Source: Hypanus sabinus (taxonomy: Eukaryota). Taken from it: a stretch of 64,000 nt of DNA. The notes below the pieces were generated by a model. The model was not told where the DNA came from and searched no databases. It worked only from the letters and a program-made list of their open reading frames with translations. Shown piece by piece: positions 27,901 through 42,900 of the stretch; positions within the stretch are counted from its first letter, which is position 1; every line of letters begins with the position of its first letter. The position numbers and the translations under genes were made by a program. The stretch covers positions 310,001 through 374,000 of the forward strand of contig NW_026780539.1 in the NCBI RefSeq assembly GCF_030144855.1. Reading direction: 5' to 3'.

Positions 27901-30900
27901 AGGACTGTGTGGTAGGGAAATTCACGGCAGTATCTAGAGTAGCTAACATGGTTGCCAAAGCATTGCAGGCTGAAGGGCCTGTAATATGCTGTAGATTTCT
28001 ATATTCTCTGATATTGCAGCCATCAGTGAGAGATGGGTATAGGAAGAGCAGGACTTTCAGCAAATGTGAAATATTCCAAGTAATTCAAAGGTTTCAGTTG
28101 TTCTCAAAAAAATACAAACAGCAAAGAAAATAACAAGTAAATAGTCCAATCGAACACTTCCCAATATACTAATATCGCAGTAAGCTTTGCTATATTCTCC
28201 CTATTGAGTAACACAACATCTTTGGGATAAATCTTTTCTGTGCCTTCAAAATGGGTCCCAGAAACTCCAGCTGTTGTTGTTCTGCCTTCATCCCTGCTTA
28301 ATCTCTCAACCTTTCCATGTGTTAGGACTAATGCTGTCCATTCTCAGGGTCAGGTAGTGATGTGAAGGTATATTGAAATTGTGAAGTGAGAACAGTGAGT
28401 GCCTCGTAATAACTCAGGAAGTGAGCAATGCTTAGAGAAATTTTAATTCATTTCAGCTTCCACAGATGCAGATTAACTGATTCAGCATTCCTGTGTTTTC
28501 TGCTTCAGCTTCAGATTTCCAGCACCTACAGTTCAGTTCTTATTGTTCGTTGTTCTCTTCAGTATAATTTCATCCCAACGGGGTAGTCAATTTTCTGTTC
28601 CTCTATTCTCACGATGTGCCACTGTTTATTACAGATCCAGCATCTGTACCAACTCCGCAACCTGGGTCAACTCCGGAGCCAAGTGATGATTTATCCATGA
28701 TCACGGACCCAGCTACAGGCTCAGGTACCAGTTGTGGGGATATGTTTTAAACAGACTCCTCTCTGAAATCATCATTCATCAGATTCAACCAGAATCAAGG
28801 AGTGTGTGGAATTGACTGAGGGGAGAATGGTGATAGAGTGAATAAGGGAGAGGGATACTCGGGGACTGAGGAGAGCAGGGTGTGGGATGACCTTAATCGT
28901 GTGGGGAAGAGTGAGTGGAGGGGTGAATTGAACTTAATTGAATTGACTTTATTTCTTTATTTCTTACATCCTTCACATACATGAAGAGTAAAAGTCTTTG
29001 TGTTATGTGTCCATCTGAATGTATAATGGGCAATTTATAGTAACTTATAATAAATAGTATGTACAACAGACATACAATTCTATCAGGATCAATTAATTAC
29101 TCGTAGTGGCCTTGTGGAAGAAGCTGTCATGGAGCTTGTTAGTCCAGACTTTAATGCTGTGCTAACATTGATGGTAGCAGCGGGAACAGTTTGTGGTTGG
29201 GGTGACTCAGGTCCCCAATGACCCTTTGGCCCATTTTTACACACCTGTCACTGCAAATGCCCTGGGTAGTGAGAAGTTGACACCTACAGATCCACTGTGC
29301 TGTCCACACCACTCTCTGCAGAGTCCTGCCACTGAGGGAAGTATAATTCCCATACCAAGCTGTGATACAGATATTCAAGATGTTCTTAATCGTGTCCCTG
29401 AAGAAAGTTCTTAAGATTTGGAGACATGCCAATCTTCTTCAACCGTCTGAGGTGAAAGAGGTGTTGCTGTGTTTTTCACAGTACACATCTGGTATGTACA
29501 GACCACGAGATGTCTGTAGTTATGCATACACTGAGGAGTCTGAAGTTCTTCATCTTTTCAACCCTAGATCTATTGATGTCGATAGGGGAGAGCCTGTCTC
29601 CATTCCTCCTGTAGTCCACAATCAGCTCCTTTGTTTTTGTGTCATTGAGGGAGAAGTTGTTTTCTTGATACCACAGTGTCAGGGTGATGAATTCTTCTCT
29701 GTAGGCTACCTCGTTATTATTTGAAATGTTATATTCCCTTGTTTCCTGCTGGTAGGGAGTTCTGCCTCTCAGTTCGGTCAGGTTGTTTTCCAGGGACTGC
29801 ATGTTAGCCAGGCGTATGCTATGGAGTGACGGCCAATTAGCACGCTGTCTCAACCTCACCAGGATGTTGCTACTTCTCTCTGACCTCCAGCGTCACTTCC
29901 ATGGTAGCGATGGTGTAATAAATAAGCCTTCCATAGATCATGTAAGTAGGAAAAGGCAGCGTGTAGAAAAGGCCGCGCATTGTGGGAAAAAGCCAACTCC
30001 CCAGTGTTCAGAAGATTTAGTCGGTTATATATGATGTGACTATCAGCTTCTTGAACAAGGAATTCAAAGGAAATTGCAGAAATTATCAGTACACTTTATG
30101 TTGGTAAGGAGCTCGCAACATGCCTGCCATATGCAGCACAATCTTGTAGTTCTTGAGTGAGGGAGGAAGCAATGTGTTGAGGTAATGAGTAAGGGGAGAG
30201 TGAAATACTGAAGGAAGTCATATGATCAAGGGATTGTAGGGGTGATGGAGAAACTGATGGGAGAAGAGTGATGGAGCAACAAAAAGAGTAAGATAGCCGA
30301 CAGGGATAGTGAAGACAGAGGGTTGTGGTAAGGCCAAGAAGTTGTGAGATTGACGAAGGTGTGAGTGATGAGGAAGAGTGTTGCATGTCAGGTCTGACCA
30401 ATGGGAATGGAGACAAACATGTTGGTTTCCAATGAGCTTGGGGGTTCGGGAGTACAACTGGGCCTGGTATGTGGGTGAATGGAATGAACAAAAGGTCGTG
30501 CATTGACGTAAACTGAAAGTGAAAGGAATAAACAGATGCTCTGATTAATTGAGTGACGGCAGTAGACAGGGTCATATCTGAGTATCACTGAATGTTGCAT
30601 CTTCGAGGATTGTTCTGGAGTGACTGACGGACAGGCAAGGAATATTTCAGTGTGAGAATGAAGGGAATTGTCAAAGAGTGTTCTAGCAATCTATTGGAAT
30701 GATGGAGCTGATTCGGACGAGATGATTTAAGTCAGTTGAGTAGGACGCAGAATGCAGTGACTGGAGTTTGTGAACGGGTGTGATCGGCATATTGAAAGTG
30801 TCATTTAGTCCTTTAGTTTCATCCCATCACATGGTTGTTCAATACTTCCAGTCCTGCATTCACTCTGTTGGTCTGATTTAATACTAGATTCAGGATCTTT

Positions 30901-33900
30901 TGGAAAATTACAAATGTCACTCCAAGAATGTAGAGAGGTAGAAGGAAGTAAATGATAGGCCATTTATTCTGAAGTCAGCTTTTGGGAAGATGTTGGATGC
31001 CCAAATGAGTGGTTAATTGTCTGTTCCTATGTCCCCACTATGTACCCCTGTTTGTTACAGATCCAATATGTGTACCAACTCCACAACCCAAGGGGACAAG
31101 TGTTGAACCAAGCAATGATTTCTCCACAATCATGGACACAGATTCAAGATCAGGTATCAGTTCTAGGGACGTGTGTTACACAGACTCCTCTCTGAAATTA
31201 TCATTGAAGTTATTCAACTAGAATCAAGTGACTGAATGAGGTGACATGGGTGACCAAGGGAGATGGGTGACGGAGAGGTCGAGGGGGATAGGTGACGGAG
31301 GGAGTTTGGTGACGGAGTGACCGAGTGAGATTGGTGATGGAATGGCCAAGGTAGATGTGTGATGGAATGGCCAAAGGAGATAGGTGATGGAGGGGTGTGG
31401 AAACACGAAGGAGTGTTGCATAATGGGTCTGAGCAATTGGAACAGACACATATATCTAGATACTACAATCTGTGGGATGGTGGAGGCCTCTCGGCCTGGT
31501 ATGTGGGTGAGTGGGAGGACCAGAAGTTTGGTCATTCAGATAAACATGAAGTGAAATGAATGTGAAGGTGTAGGGGATTATTTTGTTACCAAAGCACAGA
31601 GGGTCAGATAGGACAATCACTGGGTGTTGCATCCTCCAGAATTGTTCTGAGTGATGGATGTACAGTCAAGGATGACTCAGGGTGGGTATGAAGAGAAATG
31701 TCAAAGAGGGTTCTAGCCATCAGTTCATAAGATGGAGGTGATTTGTTTCTTATGACTTACGACAGCTGAGTTGACCTCTTATGGGGAGCCTGGGGAATAC
31801 AGTGAATGGTGGTTGGGTGAGTACTGTATAACCTTATATTGCAGCTGTGGTAGACATTTGCTAGAATGATGGAAGGCTGGTTTTGATTATTCCTGTAGTT
31901 ACTCCTATCACAAGCGGGCTCAATATTTCCTCTCCCCACACTCACCATGTATCCCTGACTTAAAACAGATTCAGGGTCTCTAGGGAACAGTAGGGTGCAG
32001 AGCAGGTCTTTGCCGAATTTCCCATAACCATACAAGACACAGTTGTCAGTGGCAGGTTTTGTAGAAAATTAGCTTCCTGCAAGTCTCTGTAGTGAATGCC
32101 AGTGTTACCATAACTGGAGAGAAGTTCAGAACGTCGATAAATCTTCTGGACTAGATGGTTTACCCCTAGTGTTCTGGAAGAGATTGTGGAGGCATTTGGA
32201 ATGATCTTTCAGAAATCATTAAATTCTGGAATGGTTCTGGAAGACTGGAAAAATTTAAGTGCCACTCCACTTTTCAAGAAGTTAGAGAGGTTGAAGAAAG
32301 GAAACTATAGGCCAATTATTCTGACGTCAGTGATTGGGAAGATGTTGGTGTCCCCATTGCCTTTTTCTCTGTTCCCGACGTGTAATCCCTGTTTACTACA
32401 GATCCAGCATCTGTACCAACTCCACAACCCGAAGGGACAACTACTGAGCCAAGCGATGATTTGTCCACGTTCACGGACCCAGATTCAAGCTCAGGTATCA
32501 GTTGCTTGGTTCTGTTTTACATAGAATCTATAAAACAGATTATATTTGATGATAGAATCTGACATTATCATCAAATGTATTCAGCTAAAATCTAGCAACT
32601 GAATGACGGGAGATGGGTGATGGGGTGACTGTGAGAGATAGGTGACAATGGCCAAGGAAGGTGGGTGGTGGAATGATTGAGGGAGCTGGGTGACAGACGG
32701 ACTGAATCCAGATGGCTGTCGCAGTGACTGCAGGGGATGGGTGACCACAGCAGAGGGAGATCGGTAATGAAACGGTCAAGGGAGATGGGTGACAGAGTGG
32801 CCGAGGAAGATGAGTGATGGAATGGCTACGGAAGATGGGTGTTGGAACGATTGAGGGAGATGGGTGACAGATGGACCGAGGCCAGATGGGTGTCGCAGTG
32901 ACTGCGGGAGATGGGTGACGGGACGGCCGAGGCGGATGTGTGAAGGGACAGCCGAGGCGGATGGGTGAAGAGATGGCGGAGGCAACTGGGTGATGGGCCA
33001 TCCAAAGCAGATGGGTGTGTGATGAACCAAAAATGTCTGAAAGAGACCCAGGGATGAGTATTAAGGGGGCAAATAAGAGTGCTGCAAGGTTGGTCTGACC
33101 AATAGGAATTGACACAAATATGTAGGTTTGCAATGAGCAGTGGGGGTGGTGGAGGCCACTGGGCCTGGTACATGGGCGAGTGGGATGAACAGAAGGTCGT
33201 ACATTCAGCAAAACATGAAGTGAAATAAATGTACAAATGCTGCCAATAATTGAATGAATGTAGCAGGCAGGCTCAATTCTGAGTACCCCTGGATATTGCA
33301 TCCTCAATAATTGTTATGGAGTGATTGACAGACAGGCAAAGAGTGACTCAGAGTGGGAATGGAGAAATTGTCAAAGAGGGTTCTAGCCATCTGTTGGAAA
33401 TTTGGAAGTGTATGGTCTGGGAGGAATTGGAACAGCTGCATGAAGCACTCATGGGAGGAGCATGTGGAATGCAGTGATTGCTGGTTGGATGAATTCTGTA
33501 TAAATTTACATGGCTAAAGTGATGGGCGAATGCATGTACCATGTGAGGTGTGTTTTGGTCATTCCTGTAGTCTCTCTTTTCACAGACGAGCTCAATGCTT
33601 TCTCTCCAGCACTCATCATGTATCCCTGATTTCAAACAGATTCAGTGTCTCTTGGGAACAACAGGGGACAGAGCAGGTCTTTGTCATCAATGCCATAGTC
33701 ATCTACAGGAACACTTGTCAGTGGTAAGGGTTGTAGAAATCGATACCCCTACAAGTCTCTATGGTGAAGCTTTGACTGGACTGGACTGAACTACAGAGAA
33801 GAGTCTTGGGAAATTGGAAAGTCTTACTTTACGTAAGTCATCTGAATGAAATGGTGTGGCACCCAGAGTTCTGGAAGAGGAGGCAGAAGGGATTCTGGAA

Positions 33901-36900
33901 GTGATCTTTCAAGACTCAGTGGATTCTGGAATGTTTCCGGAAGACCCGAAAATTAGAAATATCACACCACTCTTCATGAAAGGAGAGAGATGGTTGGAAG
34001 GGAGTTATAGGCCTGTTATTCTGACCTCAGCGTCAGAAGATGTTACAACCCCAACTGAGTGATCAATTATCTATTCCTCTGTTCCCACCATGTACCCCTG
34101 TTAATTACAGGTGCAGCATCTGAACCAACCTCACAACCCAAGGGGATAACACCTGAGCCAAGCGCTGATTTGTCCACATTCACGGACCCATACACAAGCT
34201 CAGGTGTCGGTTGTGGTGTTATGTTTACACTGACTCTTCTCTGAAGTTATCATCGAAGGGGTTCAACCGGAGTCAAGGAACTGACTGACAGGAGATGGGT
34301 GATGGAATGACCAAGGAAAATTGGTGACAGAGTGGCCAAGGGAGATGATGAGGGAGTGGCATGGGAGATGGGTGACAGAGTGGCTGTGGGAGATGGGTGA
34401 GGAAGTGACGTGGGAGATAGGTGACGGAGTGGCTGTGGGAGATGGGTGAGGAAGTGGCATGGGAGATGGGTGAGGGAGTGGCTGTGGGAGATGGGTGAGG
34501 AAGTGGCATGGGAGATAGGTGACAGAGTGGCTGTGGGAGATAGTGACGGAGTGGCTGTGGGAGATGGGTGAGGGAGTGACGTGGGAGATAGGTGACAGAG
34601 TGGCCATGGGAGATGGGTAACAGCCTGGCATGAGAGATGGGTGAGGAAGTGGCCGTGGAAATTGGTGACAGAGTGTGCAACGGTGATGGGTGATGGAGTG
34701 TGCAAGGGCGATGGGTGACGGACACACTGAGGACAGAGGGGTGTGCAATGCCAAAAGGGTGTGGAAGTGAGCAACAGGAACGTGTAGAGGGAGCAAGTAA
34801 AGGTGTTGCATGGCTGTCTGATCAATTGGAACGGACACACATAGCTAGAAATTCTAAGCAGTAGTGGTGGGAGAGGCAACTGGGCCTGATACGTGGGTGA
34901 GTGGGATGAACAGAATGTTGTATATTCAGATAACATGAAGTGAAATGAATGTAGAGATGTAGGGTATGATTGAGTGACTACAGCATACAGGGTCAGAGAT
35001 GAGAATCCTTGGATATTGCATCCTCAAGAATTGCTCTGAGTGACGGACGTACAGGCAAGGAGTGACTCAGATTAGGTACGGAGGGAAATTGACAATGAGG
35101 GTTCTAGCCATCACTTGGAAAGATGGAGATGATTTGTTTGTGATGACTTCGGACAGCTGAGTGAACCTCTCATTGGAGGAGCATGTGGAATACAGTGAAT
35201 GGTGGTTGGGTGAGTGGAGAATAACTTTACATTGTGGCTGAAATGTGCATTTGCTAGTACAGTGGAAGGTTGGTTTTGGTTATTCCAGTAGTCTCTCCTA
35301 TCACAAGCAAGCTCACTGACTCTCTTCGACACTCACTATGTGACCCTGACTTAAAACTGATTCAGGGTCTATTGGGAACGGCAGGGTACAGAGCACGTCT
35401 TTGCCCACAATCCCATAACCATCTCCAGGCACATTTGTCAGAGGTAAGTGTAGAAATGGAGCCTCCCACAAGTGTCTATAATCGAGCTTTGTCTGGACTA
35501 TGTGACCATAATTATGGAGAAGTTTCTTGGGCAATGAAAGTTCTGTATTTAATTAAGTTATCTGAATTAGATAGAATTCAGGAAGAGGTGGTTGAAGAGA
35601 CTGTGAAGACATTTGTAATGATCTTTCAGGAATCATTACATTCTGGAATGCTTCCAGAAAACTGGAAAATGCCACTCCTCAAGAAACTAGAGAGGTAGAA
35701 CAAAGGGAACTATAGGCCGGTTATTCTGACCTCAGTGGTTGGGAAGATGTTGGATGACCAAATGTGCGGTTAATTGTCTCTTCCTCTGTTCCCATTATGT
35801 ATTCGTGTTTATTACAGATCCAGAATTTGTACCAACTTGACCAGCAGAGTGGACAGCACCTGAGCCAAGTGATTATTTGTCCCCGATCACAGACCCAGAT
35901 ACAAGCTCAGATATCAGTTGTGAGGATGGGTTTTGCACAGAATCCCTGCTGAAATTGTCATTGAAGGGATTCAATCAGAATACAGGGACTGACTGAGTTG
36001 GGTGACGGAGTGGCCGAGGGAGATGGACAGTCGAGTGACTGAGGAGATGGGTGACGGAGTGACTGAGGGGTGAGGGGTGAAGAATCAAGAAAGAGTCTTA
36101 CATAATGGGTCTGGCAAATTGGAATGGACACAAATGTCCAGTTATTCCAAACTGTGGGTTTGTCGGAGACCGCTGGGCCTGGTACACGGGTCAGCAGAAT
36201 GACCAGAAGGTTAGTCATTCAGATCAACATGAAGGGAAATGAATGTACAGATGCAGGGGTTCAATGAGTTACCACAGCACAGAGAGTCAGATATGAGTAT
36301 CCCTGGATGGAGCATCTTTGAGAATTGTTCTGAGTGACAGGTACACAGGCAACGAGTGACTCAGAGTGGGTATGGAGGGAAATGTCAAAGAGGGTTCTCG
36401 CCATCACTTGGAAAAATGGAAGAGATTTGTTTGGGATGATTTCAGACATCTGAGTGGACACCTCACTGCAGGAGCATGTGGAATGCAGTGACTGGTGGTT
36501 GATGAGTGGTGTATAGCCTTACTTTTTGGCTGTGATGGGCATTTGCTGATGCGATGGAAGGTTGGTTCTGATTCCTGTCATCTCTCCTATCACAAGCGAG
36601 CTCAATAATTCGTCTCCTACACTTGCCATGTATCCCTGATTTAAAACAGATTTAGGATCTTTTTGGAACCGTAAGGTATAGAGCAGGTCTTTCCCACAAT
36701 CTACAAGCACATTTGTCAGTGTCAGGGTTTGCAGAAATGTAGCTTTGCGAGTCTCTGTGGTGGTACTTGGAATGCCTGTGTTGCCATACTGGAGAGAAAT
36801 CAGTTGGGAATCTGAAAGATCTGAATGTAGATAAGTCACCTGAACTAGATAGTGTAACCCAGGAGTTCTGGAAGAGGTGGTTGATGAGATTGTGGAGATA

Positions 36901-39900
36901 TTTGGAATGACCTTTCAAGAATCATTAGTTTCTGGAATGGTTCCAGTAAACTGGAAAATTACAAACGTCATACCACTCTTCAACAAGGTAGCAGGTCGGA
37001 GAAAGGAAACTGTAGGGCATTTATTCTGACCTCAGCCATTGGAAACAATTTGGAGTCCCAAATGGGTTGTCAATTGTCTACTACTCTGTCCCCAGAATGT
37101 ATCCCTGTTTATTACAGATGCAACATCTATAACAACTCCACAAACTGAAAGGACATCTCCTGATCCAAGCAATGATTTGTCCACGATCACGGACCCAGAT
37201 ACAAGCTCGGGTATCAGTTGTGGTGATGTGTTTTACACAGACTCTTCACTAAAATGTCATGTAATGTATTCAACCAGAAACAAGCGACTAACTGAGGGGA
37301 AATGGGTAGTGGAGGGTCCAAGGACAAAGGGGAGTGGAGTAGCTGAGGGATCTGTGTGACAGAGTGGCCGAGGAAGATTGGTGATGGAGGTGCTGAGAAC
37401 AGAGGGATTTTGGAGGGCCAAGAAGAATGGAGATTATTAAGGAAGCAAGTGAAATAATGTTGCATGATGGGTCTGATCAATATGAATGGACACAAATATC
37501 GAGGTATTCCAAGCAGTGAATGTTGATGAGGACACTGGGACTAATGTGGAACAGCAACATGAACAGAAGGTCATGTGTTGTGAGAAATCTGAAGTGAAAT
37601 TAATGTATAGATGCTGGGGATATTTTAGTTACTGAGCATACAGGGTCAGATCTGAGTATGCCTGGATGTTACGTCTAAGGGAATTGTTCTGGAGTGTCTG
37701 ACATACAGGCAGGATTGACTCTCACTGTGAGGGGAGGGAATTGTCAAAGAGCCATCTGGTAGGAAGATGGAGGTGGTTTGTTATGGACAACTTAGTTCAG
37801 CTGTGCGGACCTCTCATGCGAGGAGGATGTGGAAGTCAGTGACTGGTATATCGATGAGTGATGTGAAAACTTACATGGTGAAGCAAATTTGATCAGTACT
37901 TCATCTACAACACCTACCATGTGTCCCTAATTTAAAACATTCAGCATCTCTTGGCTACAGTATGGTACAGAGTATGGCTTTGTCCACAGACCTTCTACAA
38001 GCGCATTGTCAGTGGTAGAGGTACTAGCAATTGCAGCTCTCCCACGTGACTGTGGTGTAAATTTGAATATGTTTTTCCATAACAAGACAGGATGTTCCTG
38101 GGAAAAAGAAAGATCTTAGTGTAGGCAAGTCACCTGGAGCAGGTAGTGTGCACCCAAGAGTTCTAAAAGAGGAGGCTGAAAAGATTGTGGAGGCATTAGT
38201 AATGATCTTTCAATAATCTCTAGACTCTATATGGTTCTGGAAGACAAGACAATTACAGATATCGCTGCACTCTTGAGGAAGGTAGTGAGTCAGAAAGAAG
38301 GAAACTATCGGCCTGTTATCCTCATCTCAGTGTTTGGGAAGATGTTGGAGTCCCAAACCGCTGGTATATTGTTTGTTCCTTTGTTCCCACCATGTACCCC
38401 TGTTTATTACAGATCAAACATCTGTACCAACTCCACCACCCGAGGGAACAACTCCTGAGCCAGGCGATGATTTGTCCACGATCACGGACCCAGATACTAG
38501 CTCAGGTACCAGTTGTGGGGACACGTTTTACAGATGCTTCATTCTGAAATTATCATCTAATGGATTCAACCAGAATCTAGTGGTGAGGAAGTAAGTAAAG
38601 ATTGTGACTGACCAATGGGAATTGACACAAATATCTCGGTATTCCGAGCAGAGGATGTTGGGGAAGTCACTGTGCCTGGTACGTGGATCTGCGGGATGAA
38701 CATGACGTGAAATGAATGTACCGATGCTGGGAATAATTGAGTGACTGTAGCATTCAGGGTCAGATCTCAATGTCCCTGGATTTACATCCTAGAGTATTGT
38801 TCTGGAGAGTCTGAAGTGCAGGCAGGGATTGACTCAGAGTGGGAATGGAGGGAATTGCCAAAGACCCATCTCGTAGAAAGATGGACGTGATTTACTATGG
38901 ACGTCTTAGTTCAGCTGAGCGGACCTCTCCTGCGAGGAGGATGAGTAACGCAGTGACTGGTGGTTGTGTCAGTGCTATATAACCTTACACGTTGGAGCAT
39001 GATGGAATGCTGTTTTTGCTGATTCCTGTAGGTCAACCCATTGCAAACTTTGTCCGACATTTCCTCTCCAACACTCACCATGTTTTCCTGATTTAAAACA
39101 CATACAGCATTTCTGGGGACAGTAGGCTACAGAATATGACTTTGTCCACAATCCCGTAACCATCTACAAACACATTGTCAGTAGTAGTGGTGGTACAAAT
39201 TGAGGCTGTCCCATGTCTCTGTGGTGGAGATTTGAACACATGTGTTTCCATAACAAGAGGGGGATGCTCGGGAAACAGAAAGTTTTGAACATAGACAAGT
39301 CACCTGGACCATATTGTGTACACCCCTGAGCTCTAGAAGAGGTGGCTGAAAAATTGTGGAGGCATTGGTAATGACCTTTCAAGAATTAATATAAGTTCTA
39401 TATATTCCTGAGACAAGAAAATTACAGATGTTGCTTCACTGTTGAAGATGGTAGAGAGTCAGAAAGAAGGAAACTATCGGCCTGTTATCCTAATCTCCGT
39501 GGTTGGGAAGATGTTGGAGTCCCAATCCGGTGGTGTATTGTCTGTTCCTTCGTTCTCACCATGTAGCCCTGTTTATTACAGATCCAACATCTGTACCAAA
39601 TCCGCCAACCCAGGAGTAACTCCTGAGTCAAACAATGATTTTTACATGATCATGGGACAGGATACAAGCTTAGGTATCAGTTGTGGGGAAACGTTTTACA
39701 TAGGATCCACTCTGAGATTATCATTCAACATATTGAACTAGCAGCAACTGACTGAGGGGTGATGGAGGGATCGAGGGAGATTGGTGATAGAGCCACCATG
39801 GGAGATGAGTGATAGATGGGCTGAGGGAGCTGAGTGACGCAGCGAATGAGGGAGACGGGAGGTGGAGCGTCTGAGGGAGAAGGTCGTCCCAGCGGCTGAA

Positions 39901-42900
39901 GCAGACAGGTGACGTGGGTACCGAGTACAGGGGGGTGTAGGAGAGTCCAAGGGGAGAGTAGTGAGGAAGTTAATTAAAGCACATTGCAAGACAAGTCTGA
40001 CCAAGTGGAATGGACAGAATTATCTCAGTGTTCTGAGCAGTGGGATTCAAGTAGAATCATGGTACTGACTGTTTGATTTCACAGTGGCCAACGGAGATGG
40101 GTGTCAGTGTTACCAAAGGAGGTGGGTGAACGAGTGGCTGAGTGAGTTAGGTGCCAGGTGTGCTGAAGCCAGAGGTGTTGTGTGGGCCAAGAAGATGTGG
40201 GAGAGACTGAGGAGAGAGTCGTGAGGAACCAAGTAAAAGAGTGCTGCATAACGCGTCTGACCATTTGGAATGGACACAGATATCTAGGTATACTGAGCAG
40301 CGGATGTTGGGGAGGCCATTGGGACTGGTGCTAGATGTAGAACTACAGGATGAACAGAAGGTCATGTGTTGTGAGAAACATGTAGTGAAATGATTGTACA
40401 GGTTCTGTTGATAACTGAGTGACAGCAGCATACAGGGTCAGATCCCAGTATTCCTGGATGTTACATCCTGGAGAATTGTTCTGGAGTGCATGACATATAG
40501 GGAAGGATTGACTCAGAGTAAGAATGGAGGGAATTGTCAAAGAGCTATTTAGTAGAAAGATGGACATGATTAGATATGGACAACTTAGTTCAGCTGAGCG
40601 AATCTCTCATGCGTGGTGGATGTGGAATTCAGTGACTGCTGGTTGAGTGAGTACTGTATAACCTTACAAGGTGGAGTGCGATAGGCTTGTGATGGTATGA
40701 TGGTATGCTGATTTTGGTGATTCCTGGAGTCTCGTCCCATCAGAAACTTTTTCAACATTTCCTATCGAACACTCATCATGTGTCCCTGAAAGAGATACAT
40801 TCAGTGTCTTTTGGGAACAGAACAGTACAGAGTATGACATTGTCCACAACCCCATAACCATCTGCAAGTGCATTCTCAGTGGTAGGGGTGGTAGAAATGG
40901 AGGCTGTCCCATGTCTCTGTGGTGGAAATTTGAATGTCTGTGTTTCTATAACAAGAGAGGGGGTTCTTGGGAAACAAAGATCTGAATGTGGACAAGTCAC
41001 CTGGACCAGATAGTGTACACCCAAAGTTCTAAAATTTTATATGTTTCTGGAAGACAAGAAAATTACAGATATTGCACCGCTCTTGAAGAAGGTAATGAAT
41101 CAGAAAAAAAGAAACTATCGGCCTGTTATACTAATCTCAATGGTTGGGAAGTTGTTGGAGTCCCAAACCGGTGTTCTTTTACCTGTTCCTTTGTACCCAT
41201 CATGTACTGCCGTTTATTACAGATCCAACATCTGTACCAACTCCACAACCCGAGGGGACAACTCCGGAACTCCGGAAGATTTGTCCACAATCACAGACCA
41301 AAATACAAGCTCGGGTATCGGTTGTGAATATACATTTTACATAGACTTCACTCTGAAATTAGCATCCAGTGGTTTCAACCAGAATCATGGGACTAACTGA
41401 CTGGACATGTGTGATGGACGGATCGGGGCAGATGGTTAACGTAGCGGCCGAGGGAGACGTGTCTGAGCGGCCGAGGGAGACGTGTCTGAGCGGCCGGGAG
41501 AGACGAGTGATGGTGCAGCCGATGGTGATGGGCAACAGACGGACCAAGGACAGAAAGGTTTGGGATGGCTCAAGTGGTGTGGGAGAGACCAAGGGGAGAG
41601 TTTTGAGGGAGCCAGTAAATGTGTTGTATGATGGTTTTGAACAATGGAGATGGGCTTGGGGTTTGCCATACGCAGCAGGGATTGTGTCGGACCCTGTGCC
41701 TGGCCCGTGGGTGCGTGAGAGGATTGACTGTAAAATACAGAGTCAAATCTCAGTATCCCTGGATGCTGCATAACCAGGAATTGTTCGGAAGGGTATGATG
41801 TTTTGGCATGGAATAAGAGTGTGGCATTGCAACAATTGACAAAAAGGGTTCTAGCTATCTGTTTTATGGCTAGATGGGAGGAGGATTCAAAATGCTGAGT
41901 CCGGTGGTTAGGCGAGTTCTGTATAACATTACATAATCGGATGCGATGTGTTTTTGTTGGTACGTCGGACGTCTGGTTGTGGTGACTCCTGTAGGCTTGT
42001 CCCATCACAGGCTAGCACAGTACCTCCTCTCCAACACATCGTGTCTTTTGGGAGCAGTAGGGTACAGAGCATGACCTTGTCCACAATTTCAAAACCCACA
42101 TACAAGCTCATTGTCAGTGGTAGGGGTGGTTGCAATGGATCATATTGCAAATTGCAATGGTGGAGCTTTGTCTGGACTGTATTACCATAATGAAAGATGA
42201 GGTTCTTGGGAAACTGAAAGGTTTGAATGTCGATGAGACATCTAAATGAGATGATGTACTCCCAGAGTTCTAGAAGATCAGGCTGAAGAGATTGTGGAAG
42301 GATTGGTAATGATATTTCAAGAATCACTGGATCCTGGATTGGTTCTGGATGACCGAAAAATTACAAATGTAACTCCATTCTTCGAGAAGGCAGAGACGCA
42401 GAAGGAAGGATACTACAGGCCAGTTATTCTGGTCTCAGGGTCCAGATGTTGGATTCCTAATGGGGTGGACAATTGTCTGTTCCTCTATCCTCACCATGTG
42501 CCCGTTTATTACAGATTCATCATCTGTACCAACTCCGCAATCCGAGGGGACAACTCCTGAGCCAAGCAATGATTTGACCACGATCAATGACCCAGAAACA
42601 AGCTCAGGTATCAGTTGTGGGGATGTGTTTTACAGAGACTCCTCTCTGCAATTATCATTCAACAGATTCAACCAACATCAAGCAACTAAATGAGAGGAGA
42701 TGGGTAATGGACAGCACAAGGGAGATGGGTGAAGGAGTGGCCGTGGGAGCTGGGTGACAGTGGATGAAGGGGTATGGCTGACAGAGTGACCGAGGGAGAC
42801 AGGTGAAAGGGTTACTGAAACAGGTCAGTGAACAAGTGGCTGAGGGAGATAGGTGATGAGGTCCTGAGGACAGAGGAGTGTGGAACGGTCCAGAAGGTGT

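Noticed and set aside
32186-32524. Apparent CR1-mucin fusion ORFs (also 38231-38458, 41041-41400, 43755-43997)
   Set aside because: Read-through from the intronic CR1 fragment enters the exon in inconsistent, non-mucin frames.
34250-34936. Long minus-strand Pro/Ser/His-rich ORFs (also 32585-33307)
   Set aside because: Open in several frames only because the G-rich minisatellite lacks stops; no splice or homology support.
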